A stretch of DNA of 64,000 nt from Octopus vulgaris (lineage: Eukaryota). The stretch spans positions 79,980,001-80,044,000 of the forward strand of contig OX597822.1 in the NCBI GenBank assembly GCA_951406725.2, read 5' to 3'. Position 1 is the first letter of the stretch, and each line of letters starts with the position of its first letter. Below the pieces are notes generated by a model. It worked only from the letters and a program-made list of their open reading frames with translations. It was not told the DNA's origin and ran no database searches. The position numbers and the translations under genes are program-made. Shown here piece by piece: positions 13,905-27,173 of this stretch.

Positions 13905-16094
13905 CATTGAGTCATCCCATAAATGATGCGGTTCTTTTATACTTTTATTTTTTTCAGAATTAAGATAAACTAAGTCCTTTTTTAATCTAAAATATACCTC
14001 TGCCCAAACCTCCAGAGGTATATTTTCTCCAATGCCCTTCTATCTCACTGGTAGACTTGCAAGGTCCCTCTTCCAAAATTCACTTGTCCGTGCGTACATA
14101 ACGTTCAGCTCTTGCTCTGAAATTACATAAGCATAGGAAGAAACAAAATTTAGTATAGCCATCTGAAGGCCAGTAAGCATGGCCACAAATCTGCACAAAT
14201 ATGCCAGGTAAGGTCATCATACTGTATACTTGTTAGAATTGCTTTCCGATTTTCATATGATTCTTTCATGGTTGTGCTATAACCTATGGAAACAGAAGGC
14301 AGAGTGTTACCATTGTGTAGCAGAACAGCTTTGATGCTGTCCTTGGATGCATCTATGAAAAGTCACGAGTTGGTTTTATCACATGGTATTTCCACTTGCT
14401 CAAAAAGTTCAGTGATGTCATCCTTCATGGTGAATAATGCAAGCAGATCCTCTGTACGTTTTCTGTACATTGTTATCTTCACTCCTTTCTCAAGAAGATT
14501 ACGTTATTGAAGTCTTGATGCCAGAAACTCACTTTTCTCTTTGGTTAAATAGAGATTCCTACAGAAGTCTTTTAGATCCACTTGAGAAAATGGTATTGGT
14601 TTCTCACTTTCTGGATCATTGGGCTCTATACATTCACCAATGGAGTGTTCATCAACACTGCTGGAACTCTGCATTTCTTGATCTGGAGGTTTGGGCAGAG
14701 GTAAATTTTCTGAGTGTTCTACAGGTGCATTGCTGATTGCAAATTTGGGAAAACAATGTGTTTATTTTTCTTTGCAGTAGTACAGCCTGTAAAGTCATGA
14801 TGACAGAAATAGTAATCTCTAGAGTAATCTTTCTGCTCACGCCAAATCATCGGCACACTAAACTTCATGTGAACATTTTTTCCTGCATACCAGGCACTCA
14901 ATGTCATCACACATGTAAAGCAACACACATGAGGAGTCCATGACTTATCCTGGTCTCCTAAGTAACAATCGAAGTAAGCTTTTGTATATTTTCCTGATAT
15001 GGCCTGTAATACTACGCTTTTCTTTAGCGTAAGTCAATTCCTCACATATATAACAGTATCTGTTTGGATCATTTGTGAACTGTATTGCACTGATTCTTGA
15101 AAACAAATAAGATCTGAAAGATAAAATTAACATTAAACAAGCTTTGAATCACATTATAGGTGTTACTAAGATTGGTCTCTAGCCCTGGGTTGAAACCCAT
15201 TATACAATGTGGGAGATAATTTTACTTAATAATAATGAAAAATAGGGTATACAGTGACAATTCTGAAACCATGCCTAATTCAACAAAAAGAAGGCCAGAA
15301 ATGGATTTCCAATGTCATTTTGCATATAAAAATGGCCACAGATCTCCTGTCCGTTTTTGAGTGTTGCACAGTGAGTTCAAGGTGGACTAAATCTTTTATA
15401 TTTCACCAAACTGATAAGAACATCTTATGTGGGTGAAGACCTTCTTCAGCTTGGGTTGCCGGTGTTTCTCCTTTCCCTAACCATTGTTTTCGGCGCTTGA
15501 CATTTTTATAAAGAACCCATTTCTCGTCACCAGTCACCCTACGGTCAAAAAAGGCTCATTCATGAGACATGACAGCAAAGAAGAGCACACATTCACTCTC
15601 GCGATTAGACTCCGAAAGTTTGTGAAGAACCCATTGACCCAATTTGTTGACTTTTCCGATGGCACGCAGGTGCCGATGAATGGTTAAATGACCAAATCCA
15701 AGCTTATCTTCTAGTTCGTCAACAGTAACGATGCGATTATGTCCCACCAGGGTTTGCAGGACGTCCTCGTCGAGCTCTACAGATAATCCTAAACGAGGCT
15801 CATCTGCTAGGTTTGTAGTTTCAGGCTCGAAATTTCTGGAACCACCTTTGACACTGGCTTACGCTTACTGTCCGATCCTCGTATACTGCATCCATATTCC
15901 TCGCATTTTTCATTGCCTTGTTGTCTTTGTTGAACGCAACTGTTAAAATCGTATTGCACACTTCAAAACTTCCGCTAACAATAAGTACAATTCCTACCTA
16001 CTTTTATAGCAAGTTGATGCTGGTAGTTTATCCCTTACTCCTCCGACTTTTAGTTCGTGCAATTGAAAGAGCCGCATTATTTATGGGATGACCC

Positions 16095-16099
<5 letters not shown>
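13905..16099 (-). mobile_element. Decayed mariner (DD34D-type) with both TIRs, interrupted by a nested element
   Basis: TIRs TTGAGTCATCCCATAAATGATGCGG / CCGCATTATTTATGGGATGACCCAA with TA flanks; transposase remnant TIHRHLRAIGKVNKLGQWVLHKLSE (WVPHEL motif) and VTGDEKW. Confidence 0.85.
14090..15373 (-). mobile_element. Nested decayed DNA transposon, tentatively Chapaev3-like (CMC group)
   Basis: Remnants NDPNRYCYIC...DQD..W.PHVCC..C...VPMIWREQKD..RDYYFC and FIDASKDSIKAVLLHNGN; 5' terminus CACTGTGCAAC at 15373; family name recalled, not searched. Confidence 0.7.
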
Positions 16100-16143
<44 letters not shown>

Positions 16144-17220
16144 GAAAAACACAACATGAAGTTAGAACACCCGCTGCAAGGGGTGCAATAACCACAAAGG
16201 TAAAATGTATAAAGAAAATAAATAATTTTAACTGCATCATAATTTCTCATTTGCTCTGCATGTTATAATTACTAATACTGCGAAGTACAGTAGTGACCAT
16301 ATCACTTTACTAGAAGTAGATTGGATGATGATACTCAACATTGAGCTCTAAACTCACGAGTAGCAGTCACACATCTAACACACAGGAAATACTTTATATC
16401 AGCCTTATGATATAAAAAAACACAAGTGTCTATTGAATTATACATCAGATAATGTTTATTAACGATATGACATACACGTATGTACTTGAAATCTCGCAAA
16501 CACACAGCCTTACGATATTCATAATTAAAGAGTTGATGAAAACTTATATATTCAAAATACGCCAGACAGTCAGGGAAGTCGCGCAGCGATATTAATGTCT
16601 AACTGTCAAGCTTCATGATATAAAAGTACTCACATACGCAGTCCTACATATCTATAGGACATGTGTATACATACCTATACAAATATATAATGTTCACGCA
16701 TGCTTATATAATTATGCTTACACACATACATGTATATATACACATGACATACATGATCGCAACCGCATCGCTAAAACGTATAAAAGAATAATAGAATATG
16801 TATAATTTATGTGTTTGCCTGAAAATTGAAGGAAGCCTGTGAGAATGTGCTTACAAATTTCGTTTCGTTGTCGTAAGCTCCTGGTGTATTAAAAGGTGTC
16901 GTTTTAAAATACCTTATTTGGTCTTCCAATGAATAAAGATCTCTGAAATAAATACCTGACTGGAACGAGTAATAAGGTTGATGTGATCGACCGAAATGTT
17001 CGGAGGTTAGTGCACCAGCATGGGCGCAGCCCAATCTCTATCATTGAATGAATAAAATATCTGTCTATCTGTAAGTGTGTGCGTGGCCACCTCCTGTCCC
17101 TATCACACCGCATTTTCGAAGAGCTTTTATTTATTGTAAAATTTTATACTATTTTTTCCCCCAAGATGTTTTCTCTTTTATTTGTTTTCTATCATTTTAT
17201 TTTTATCTGTTTTCTTTGAT

Positions 17221-17678
17221 TTATTTTTTACTTTTGTTTTTTGCAGCTTCAGGTTTTTCGTCTTTTGTAATTATCCATTCGGGTCGCTTCGATTGTCTGT
17301 TGGATTTGCGTATAAAACGTTCGATAGTGTCTTGAGTTCGATGTACCGTCATTCCAATTATTTGAATGACGAATGATACCCCGTAGAGGGAGCCACTGAC
17401 TGAAGCAAATAAGTTAAACTTAGACCTTTCGGTTGTAACGTTTGTGAAGAGGAATCCAAGGATGATCATCCAGATCGAATTACAAATCAAAAATGCGAAA
17501 ATGCATTTAACGCGCAACCTCCGGAGTTTTTCAGCCATCTCCAACTTTGGTGCACCCGTCCTCACCGTTGTACCAATAACGAAATCTCGTAGAAACTTCC
17601 AGAATTTGTATTCGACTTCATCTTCATGCTTATCAAACAGGTTAAAATTATGAGAGGAAGAATTCAAACTTGCGGAAA
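17221..17678 (-). CDS. CHS: Chitin synthase gene B, terminal exon (EYKFWKFLR coiled-coil, two TM helices, IGMTVHR)
   Basis: ttttatttcag acceptor, phase 1; TAA at 17223-17221; downstream AATAAA signals at ~17126-17135. Confidence 0.9.
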
Positions 17679-17744
17679 CTGAAATAAAAGAAAATAAATA
17701 AATTAATACCTTCAAATAATAACAATTGCGAACTTTTGTCACAA

Positions 17745-17931
17745 GGGCATCTTGTGGGATGGGATTAAGTCGATTATATCAACCCCAGTGCGTAACTGGT
17801 ACTTATTTAATCGACCCCAAAAGGATGAAAGGCAAAGTCGACCTCGGCGGAATTTGAGCTCAGAATGTAACGGCAGACGAAATACTGCTAAGCATCTCGC
17901 CCGGCGTGCTAACGTTTCTGCCAGCTCGCCG
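17745..17931 (-). mobile_element. Abundant SINE, ~65 bp upstream of the terminal-exon acceptor
   Basis: Reverse complement of the 97-393 core. Confidence 0.85.
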
Positions 17932-18010
17932 GCTGACCAAAAACAATAATAGCAACAACAATAACGATAATAATAATAATAGCGATAATAATAATAATAA
18001 TAATAATAAT

Positions 18011-18577
18011 AAAATGCTCTGATGCAGTACCAAGCAGTTATTCTCATGGTTTCTGACCTTAACTGAGTGTAAGTGTTATCATGTACACTGGTTTGTCTTG
18101 GTATAAAAGATGGGCTGCAACAAATATTCTGCTCAATACCACAGATTTGCTTGTCAGTTGCTTGACTTAAAACAGTTGAGCATGTCCCTTAGTGGCTGAC
18201 GATATATGCATCTCTGATCCCAAGCAGAAGTAGTCGGGGAGAATCATACAATGTGTTGAGAGATCTTCTATGGGGTTTGAATAATTCACCTTTACAAACG
18301 TGGGTGTTCCGTTCAACATCCTCAAACAACCCTTATTCAGGGACCTTTTGAGCGAGATGGGTTACTCAACCTGAAGAAAATACTAACTGGGCCTCATTTG
18401 CAAGGTCATACGCTGTTTATCTTGATACGAGATCTCCGTGTTGCGCACATATAGCTGTGATGCATGTGCTTCGTTTACTCTTATAAGACGGGTAGTCATG
18501 ATGAGTATTCTGGGCTTCGTATATTTTACCCCAGTGTCAATTTGATGGCATGCACTGCTCTCTCAATACTACTGATA
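18011..18577. mobile_element. Interspersed repeat embedded in (AAT)n, possibly a non-autonomous R4/Dong-related element
   Basis: GC-richer block bounded by (AAT)n runs; family assignment is inference only. Confidence 0.35.
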
Positions 18578-18739
18578 ATAAAGCGTTGACATGTCTGTGT
18601 GGTAAGAAGTTTGCTTTCCAATGGCATGGTTTCAGGTTGAGTGCCACCGCATGGCACCTTCAACACGTGCATGTTTTCTATTATAGCCTCGGGGCAACCA
18701 AAAGACTTGTGCGTGAATTTGGTAAACGGAAGCTGAAAG

Positions 18740-18774
<35 letters not shown>

Positions 18775-19020
18775 CCCACCGTCGCTTAACCACAGATGGT
18801 TTGTTAACTTCTCTGTTTGGTGAAATGTTCCGATAGAATAAGAATCAGTATTTAAAAGAAAAAGGAGAAAAATATAACAATTAGAAGAAATGAATTATTT
18901 TTTCTATTGTGAGTTGTACCCACAAGGGGAGAGTTTCTTATAGTTTCTGTTTCCCTTGTGGCAACATTGTAAAGATGAAATGTGAAAGAATACGAAGGAA
19001 GCAAACATGGATTAACTTAC

Positions 19021-19105
19021 TTTTATCTTTCTTTTTCTTCATTTTCTTTTTTCGACGTTTACGGATTTTGGGGAAACAAACCAGTTTCGGAGCGGAGGCT
19101 TTGTT
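19021..19105 (-). CDS. CHS: Gene B polybasic exon (NKASAPKLVCFPKIRKRRKKKMKKKKDK)
   Basis: tttgcag acceptor, GTAAGT donor, 85 bp, phase 0 to 1, bridging the SWGTR exon and the terminal exon. Confidence 0.85.
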
Positions 19106-20311
19106 CTGCAAATAAATGAATATATAAATAAACAGTAAAGCCCATTTTCTTTTTATCTGTTATTTGTTTCAGTCATTCTACTGCGGCCATACTGGAGCAT
19201 TTTTGAAGGATTTTGTCGAGAAGAACAAGTTGGCATTTATATTATCGTTCCTTTTGCCGAACCACTAATTTACAGGGACCTAACCAAATCTACACTCGTT
19301 GTTAAGCGGTGGTGTAGTGGACAAACACACACACATAGCTTTCACGAGTTTCCTTCTTTCAAATTCACTCACAAGGCATTGGTCAGTCTGGGGCAAAAGT
19401 AGAAGATACTTTCCCAAGGTATTACGTGGTTTCAATGAGCTGTTCTAGGGTCAAACGTATTCCAACCGTGACCTCTTATTAGAGTCCTCTAATATAAACA
19501 TCATTTACATTTTCCCTTCATTTCCTTCTTACATTTTAAAATGGTAGGATGCAATCTGTAGGGATGTTGGTTACTATTTCTAACAGATTGCTTGACTACG
19601 TAGAATCTATCGGTGGCTTGATCTGCATCTCTAGATATTTATTATCAGAGGCGTAAAGGCAACAAGCAGCTGTATTTATACAGTCTTAGAAATTATGAAA
19701 CACAATTCTTCGATGTCCAAAGAAAGCAATTCTCAAAATGCATTGGTTTGAATCAAAATGAGACAACTGGGCGATGCTCTTTGGTCGGTAATGAATTGGC
19801 ACGGCTGACTGGAGATTTAGTGTGTTTTTGAGACAGTACTTTTTGGCACTGAGCAAACCTAGGCACACATCCGCGCTCATAAATATTCCCAGAAAGAGAG
19901 AGAGAGAGATGAAACCATTTGATCTCAGCGACGCCAAAAATTTGAGGTGAAAACGCTCGGGCCAAAAGTTCACGCTTCCATGCCAACGTATATACGCATA
20001 TAGATATACACACTCGTATAATTAATAACTCAAGCTATTTGTGATTAAATATTACATAAAACAAACGCGGCTGTGTAGCTAAGAAGACCACTTTACAATC
20101 ACGTGGTCTTGATTTCAGTCCCACGCGGCATCTTAGGCGAGTGACTTCTTTTAAAACTCTGAATAAGCCAACGCTTTCTAAATGAATTTGGTTGGTAGAA
20201 ACTCGTGTAAGCTCGTAATACATACATCTCTAAATATACATATATACAGTAGCGGATTCGATCTAAATATTTTCGTTGCCAAGAGACTAAGGGGGCCCAA
20301 CCGCAACCACA

Positions 20312-20667
20312 TCCTCGAGATGCAAACCGCAAGACTAACCCCAGCTCTCTGTGTCAAGACAGACACGTGCTTAGTCTTACTGATTACATCGGGAATAAAA
20401 TTTCAAATGTCTTTAATATTAATTAAAATTATTAAAATTAATATTAATTTATCTCCCTCAATTTTTAAATATTTAAATAAATACGTTCCCTAGTTGTAAG
20501 CATTACCCGCAGTGAATTATTCACTGCAGCCCTTCGCTTCAGGAGTCTCTTAGCGCGCCAGAGCCAAGACATTTGAAATTTTATTCCCGATGTAATCAGT
20601 AAGACTAAGCACGTGTCTGTCTTGACACAGAGAGCTGGGGTTAGTCTTGCGGTTTGCATCTCGAGGA
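20312..20667. repeat. 102-bp perfect inverted repeat (20312-20413 / 20566-20667), part of a Penelope-like remnant (~20230-20910)
   Basis: Arms read as exact reverse complements; 152-bp spacer; adjacent hammerhead and (TA)n. Confidence 0.9.
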
Positions 20668-20670
20668 CCG

Positions 20671-20746
20671 AATGTACTGATGAAGTCACGGACACTTGAA
20701 TTATGCAAGTAATTCTTTTGTTAAGACCGAAACCGAGGTATGCATT
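20671..20746 (+). ncRNA. Minimal type I hammerhead ribozyme
   Basis: AATGTA-CTGATGA-aGTC...GACc-GAAA-CCgaGG-TA-TGCATT; stem I 6 bp (one GU pair), A-C mismatch at the base of stem II; predicted cut after GUA at 20740. Confidence 0.75.
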
Positions 20747-20911
20747 TAAGTCTGTTTTTTATTTAATTTTTCATATGTCCTGCCCGCCAAATTTGGTTCT
20801 GGTGTTCGCTGAATTCTTCCTCTAGAGAATTTCCCTTGTAGTTTGATCGTTGATGATCTTCTTCTAGCATTCTGGCCGGCTACCTAGCAGGCCAGCCCTG
20901 CCAATATACAC

Positions 20912-20946
<35 letters not shown>

Positions 20947-21580
20947 ATTTAAATTACAAATAAGAAAATGGAGAAACACATTAGTTGGCTTATCAGCTTT
21001 AGGATACATACATACGTATACGGGCACTCTGTCGGTTACGACGATGAGTGATTCGGTTATTCTGATCAACCGTACAGTCTACTGTTGAAATTAAGGTGGA
21101 AATACCCAAGCACTCTACAGACGCGCGTAACTTCAGCGTAGTTCTTAGCGAGGTTCAGCGTCAGACATAATGTGAAAGAGGCGGAAACTCATTTCTGCCA
21201 GCCGAGTAAGCTGGAGCAATGTGAAATAAAATGTCTTGATCAAGGGCACAACATGATGCCAGGATCCGAACTCACGACCGTGAGCCGAATACCTCAACCA
21301 CAAACCACGCGTATGTACATGTTGGTATGTGTGTGTTTCCTTGTACCAACCACCACCTGTCAGCTGGTATAGGTTTCTTTGTGTCCTGTCACTTAGCGGT
21401 TCGCCAAAAGAGTTAGAATAAATACCAAACTTAATAAGTAATACGGTTGATCAGTTCAATTTAACCCCTTTCATGGTGGTGATCCAGCATGGTCGTAGCT
21501 CAGTTACTGAAACAAGTTATAGATGAAACTCTCAAAACATTACGAATACGTTTAAAACGATTTGAAATAAATATACTCAC

Positions 21581-21792
21581 GCCATCCCTTGTCCCCCAGC
21601 TTTGATCAACAATGTTGCTGATGGAGTAAACCGGAAGCAGAATATGCATGGCTGGGAACATGAACATGTAGAAAAGACCAAGGAATATAATCCAAGTCTC
21701 GTGTGGATGTAAAATGGCGGCATAGAAAACACTGGACGTGAGTAAGATTAACAAATAATGTTCTTGAAACTCCAGGCTGTCCGATTCTATGT
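21581..21792 (-). CDS. CHS: Gene B exon with LHPHE...PAMHILLPVYSISNIVDQSWGTRDG
   Basis: CHS SWGTR motif; tttttacag acceptor, GTGAGT donor; phase 1 to 0. Confidence 0.95.
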
Positions 21793-21929
21793 CTGTAAAA
21801 AACAAGAAACTATATTTAGTTGTTGTTGCCGTTATTGTTGCTTTTGAAAACTTTCCTATCGTTTGTTTGATGAAGACGGTGTCAATCTGAAAACTAAAGT
21901 AAGTGTATACAGATTTTGAATTTTCAGCA

Positions 21930-22310
21930 TGCTTTTGTAAGAGGGAGAGGCATGGACTCCCTACTACAGACAAAGGAACCTGAAACCCTTCTCATGTGGT
22001 GTATGTGCAATATCTGTAGCATAAAATGGCAAGATAATGTCAAAATCTTAGAAAAATGTGATACCTCTAGTATCCAAAGCATGCTGCTGAAAATTCAATG
22101 TAGGTGGGTAGGATATGTTGTCCGGCGGAAATATGACCGCTTTCAGAAATTATTTTGTGTGAACAACATGTAAAGGGATACCACAGTAAAAGAAGACATG
22201 TCCTTAGGTATAGGGGTAAGCTTGAGCAGTCACTAAAACACTGCAGTTTAATTTGACATCTTGGGTAAGTTATTGCCGAGATCGATCTGCATGGCGTAAA
22301 ATGTGTAACG
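21930..22310 (+). mobile_element. RTE/BovB-like LINE 3' fragment
   Basis: CNICSIKWQD...ILEKC...SIQSMLLKIQCRWVGYVVR resembles the RTE C-terminal IKWQD/QLRWAGHV motifs. Confidence 0.75.
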
Positions 22311-23042
22311 GTTCATCAGAAGAATTCGAGTTGAAGAAACAGAACAATGGAAGAATTATAGCCTTCACTTAACAGAAATATTTGTTCAATCTCAGGTAAA
22401 AGTGCACCTGAGCGTGATTTAAACTCAGATCGTAAAAAATCTGAAGAAATACCCCAAGATATTTTTTCCCGACATTGTAACAAATCCATCACCCGGTCGC
22501 ATTTCTGTAGAACGTAAATAAAAGTAAATGAATATTGCAAACAATGAAATTCACCGCAATTTTCCCCTTATTCCTCAAATTAGCTCCAAGACTCGAGGGT
22601 TTTACAATGCCAAAAAATAACCACATAAACAGTATCTTTTCTAGTGTTCGCGCTTATGGTTTTTAGCACTATGTTTTTGAAGCTGGTACATCAGTGAGTA
22701 TCTTGAGACTGCTCTACGGTGATTTCAACTACCAGCAAATAGCTGGTCCTGTGCATGGAGGAGAATCTTATCCAGTTGAGAGTCATTGTAAAAGAAAAAA
22801 TCAAACAAAAAATGTTGCTGATTAATTAATTGAGGAAAATAATTAAATAACTAGTGTTTGAACTGATAAAAGAAGATAAATTTGGTTTTGTTTTAAATTA
22901 AGAGAGTGAATCTAGAATTGGGATGAATTTGGTGTTGTGATTCATTCTTACTCAACGTGTAGCAGCAAAGTAAGCAATAGGTAATCACCAAAGCAGAGAC
23001 TAGACTCGATGGCAGCTTAACCCCAAGTCTACACTAACCTGT

Positions 23043-23087
<45 letters not shown>

Positions 23088-23106
23088 GTATATAAGTTAC
23101 ACTTAC

Positions 23107-23337
23107 CTCTAATAATGTCTTTGATAATATAGACGGCACCACCTATGAAGACACATGAAATAGCAGTGCCAAATATAAATATTAAGAAAATGGTTACATA
23201 GGTTTGGATTTTCGACGGAGCAAACATACAGATGCACATATATACTAAAAGTAGAAGACAGACTAAGATTGAAGGCACCACAAAAGTTATTCCGAACACC
23301 ATGTCTAATCCAGCTGTAATCATTATTATGGTGGAAC
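23107..23337 (-). CDS. CHS: Gene B exon (GSTIIMITAGLDMVFG...YIIKDIIR), TM region after the catalytic domain
   Basis: cttgcag acceptor, GTAAGT donor; 231 bp, phase 1 to 1; continues the PG(S)TI motif. Confidence 0.93.
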
Positions 23338-23558
23338 CTGCAAAGAACAAAGAAAAACAAATTTAAAATATCTTGTATCTCGGGTGGGGCATTGTGCCGG
23401 TAATAAATACACTTCTTTATTTTCTTTTGATTTTTCGATTGGTTGAATATTTAACCAATGAACTATCGAATTTGTTAATCGATCTGTTAGTCAACCAGCT
23501 AGGTTCATCAGAATCCTTTTAATCTCCATTCATGACCTCATCCTCTAGCTTGAAGGTG

Positions 23559-23638
<80 letters not shown>

Positions 23639-23959
23639 TAAATAAGAGTGCATGTAAGAGGGGGAGGAAGAGAGCGTGTGTGTGTATGATATACATCTTC
23701 CATAAGTCCTATTCTTTTCTAATCGAAGCACAAGGCCCGAAATTTTGAAGGAGGGGGGCAGTCTATTATATCGACCCCAGTACGCAACTGGTATTTAATT
23801 TATTGACCTCGGAAGGATGAACGACAAAATCGACCTCGGATAAGTTATCATATACTAAAGACAAAAGGTACAAGTCTGGCCTTCATGTTATGTATCAAAT
23901 CACGAGAAAAAAAAACAAATAACCCACCTTCAGTATATGCATGTTCTTAATTCAAAGGC

Positions 23960-23998
<39 letters not shown>

Positions 23999-24530
23999 GT
24001 AGTATCGGAGATAAGTGGGCGAAACTACGTGGACATTCCAGATTCCAGCTGAAGAGGCAATTGGCTAAGAATGATGCGTGTATCTTATTTTGTCCTGTTT
24101 GCCGTCGTTGTGCTATCGTCCTTTTATCCTTATTTCTTCTTCCTCCCTCCCTCTTTGTTTTCTTTCCCCCCTCTGTCTATCTCGTCCCCTCCTTCTTATT
24201 CTCAATGTGTTTTGCTTTCTTTCCTTACTTATATCCCCTGTTCCTTTTTCTCACTCTCCCCCTCCCTGTCATTCTTTGGCATTGTCGTCCTTTTTCGCCC
24301 GGCTGCCTTTGAGGTCGGTTGCGTCTGTTCTGTTCTGTTCTTCCGCCCGGTCAGTAAATATTTTTCCATTTCCTTTGCGCTAGCTTACTACACTCGTCTG
24401 ATAGACGAAATACCCTTTCTGTGATTTACTTTTTTATTTCCATATATATACATTCATTTGCATTGCCTAGAAGCTTAATGCTTTTAGTTGAAGTCCCTGG
24501 CCTGCCGGTTTCGAGTAGTATCTATCTTTG

Positions 24531-24583
<53 letters not shown>

Positions 24584-24854
24584 AACACACACACACACAC
24601 ACAGGGTGTCTTAGAGTTGACCATCTATTTCAGAATAACAGTTCGGTTCCGTTCCATGTTACAATGATCCGCTTGACAACCGATGCTGGTTTGTTTTCGT
24701 CAACCTTAGTCGTTAGGCAAAAACAGACGAATAGAATAAGTAGAACCCTAAAAAATATGTACTGGTGTCGATTTGTTCAACTAAAACCATTCGAGGCGAT
24801 GCCCCTGCATGGCCGCAGTCCCAAAACTGGAGTAATAAAAGAAGATATATTTAC

Positions 24855-25115
24855 CTGGAGAAATTATAACAATAAGGAACAACTGAACAAGGTAGATGAT
24901 ATACATGGCCGTAAAGCAGGCATTGTGTCGCACCAGTCGAGGAAGATGCCTCATAACTAGGAATGTATTGGCCATATCCGATAACATCCAGCGTCGTCGT
25001 TGTTTCAAAAACTCCTCCACTGTAGATGGACAGTAAGTCGTGTTGAAGGCGAACGTACAATATTTTAATTTCCAGCCTCTCATCATCATAAGAGTACACA
25101 TCCAGCGATCCTCGC
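24855..25115 (-). CDS. CHS: Gene B catalytic exon GEDRWMCTLMM...TYCP...FLKQRRRW
   Basis: Signature EDR and QRRRW motifs; tttttag acceptor, GTAAAT donor; 261 bp, phase 1 to 1. Confidence 0.97.
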
Positions 25116-26257
25116 CTAAAAAATTAAAGAGGTAAAAATTACAATATTATGAAAAAGAAATGAAAAAAAAAAAAACAGATTTGACCTTTCTCTGTCCTGT
25201 GTATCACGTGATACAGGACATATATCTATGGCATCCATTCATCATGTATAATACACATTCTCATTTTTTTAACCACCAGAGTAACTTGAGATCTATGATG
25301 AGAAACTTTATATTACTCAGAACAAATGAAACAAAGGCTGAGTAAAAGTTTGAAAAACATCGACGTTTACGACAAACTTATCTAAATGCATAGGGTCCAC
25401 TGACGTGGGACAATTTCATCGAATGCAGATAGAGAGAGAGAGAGGGGGAGGGATGGATGAACAAAAAGACGAGTCGATAGATGGAGAGAAATATCCAGAG
25501 AAAATGAGACCTGTGGGGAGAGAGAGAGAGAGAGAAAGAAAGAAAGAAAGAGGAGGGGAGCGACTGAGAGAAAGAGAGAAAAGAATGAAGATGATAGACC
25601 GATCCTTGCTCGGTTTCCGTAAAAGAATTGGTGGTGCGGCCCCATCAGTTCAATCTACCAAACTGCTACAAATATATGTTAGTGCCCTGCTGACAATATC
25701 AACTTTGTCTGAACTCATAACATATTTTAGACCAGCCCTTTCTTCCAATACGAGTTCTTAATCCAAGAGATTATGCCAAGAGACGAATGGCGCACGAAAT
25801 CTCGTGGCCTAGCGGTTAGGGTATTGCACTTACCATCACGAGGTCACAGTTTCGAGTTCCAGACCGGCTGTGAGTTGTATTCTTGAGGAAAAGCCTTCAT
25901 TTCACGTTGCTCCAGTTCTCGCAACTCTAAATGGGTAACCTTGCAATGGGTTTGCGTATAAAGGTGAGATGGGGTCTCTTTCTTCCTATCAGGGTCAGCT
26001 AGTTCGATTTAAGCGACGAGCCCATTCATCCAAAATTCAACGTGTTGCGCCCATATTATTATAATTCATTTATGCTATAGGCACAAGGTCTGGAATTTTG
26101 GGAGAGTGAGTATGTTGATTACATCGACCTCCAGAACTCGACTGGTATTTATTTCATCGAACCCGAAAGGAAGAACAGCAAAGATGACCTCAGCGGAATT
26201 TGAACTCAAAATATAAAAACTTTTTGTCCGGCGTGCTAATGATTCTGCCACCTCACC

Positions 26258-26481
26258 AAGGGAAGTACAATCCAATAAAAGATGAAATTGCACGAATGTG
26301 GGCAATGACGAAAGTAACTGTCATCGCAGTGGTTGTAGGGACATTAAGAGCATTAACAACCAGGTTTGAGAAATTTGTTGGAGAAATAGAGACTGACATG
26401 ATAGAGCTTGCTCAGAAAACTGCTTTATTGGGGACAGCGAGGATTTTGAATTATAAGTATCTTGGAAAAAAACCCCTGTGA
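26258..26481 (+). mobile_element. R4/Dong-type (restriction-like endonuclease) LINE 3' fragment
   Basis: KY..IKDEIARMW.M..V.VI.VVVG.L...QKTALLGTARIL is typical of the R4/Dong C-terminus. Confidence 0.75.
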
Positions 26482-27017
26482 GATCCTTCTTAAGTTGTCC
26501 GCTCTTACAAAATTGATCGATGCAAGTGTAATCAAGAGTTCTGAGGAGTGAAATGGAATTAATGTTAATGGTTTAAGATTTTAGTACAAGGTCTGAAATG
26601 TTTCGGGATAAAGGGCTAGTCGATTACACAAAGTCCTGTGTTCAAACTGGTACTTATTTTATTGACCCCGAAAGACGAAAGGCAAAGTCGACCACAGCGG
26701 ATTTGAACTCAGAACGTGAAGATGGACGAAATACCGTTAAAAATTTTGCCCGGCGTGCTAACGATTCTGCCAGGTTGCCACCTTAATAATAATGTTTTCT
26801 TTCTTAGATACATAGCCGAGAAATTCAAGGAGAAGGTTAAACGATCCTTTGAATATTACTTGAACTAAATTTTATCGATCCCGGAGACAGAGCAAAAGTC
26901 GAAGCATAAAGAGTCAGAATTCACCCTATTTCACTGACAAGGGAAATATATTACACGAAAAACGAACGAACCAACCAACACCTACAGAATGAAATATCGA
27001 AATAATTGGCGCCGTAC

Positions 27018-27173
27018 CTGTGTCTTTGATAAATACATCGGAGGATTCCATACTTTCTTTAGCATATTCACTCAATAGCTGATAGACTGCAGCGACTCTA
27101 TATAGACTAAAACATCCTGGGCAACACATCACCGAGCCAATAATATTCTGAGCACTTTTTATCATCCAGAAAT
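27018..27173 (-). CDS. CHS: Gene B exon DFWMIKSAQNIIGSVMCCPGCFSLYR...IKDT
   Basis: CHS V.C.PGCFSL.R motif; tttaaag acceptor, GTACGG donor; 156 bp, phase 1 to 1. Confidence 0.96.

Noticed and set aside
23941-24424. Three overlapping hydrophobic ORFs of 101-123 aa
   Set aside because: Pyrimidine-rich low-complexity repeat that lacks stops by composition; lies in a gene B intron
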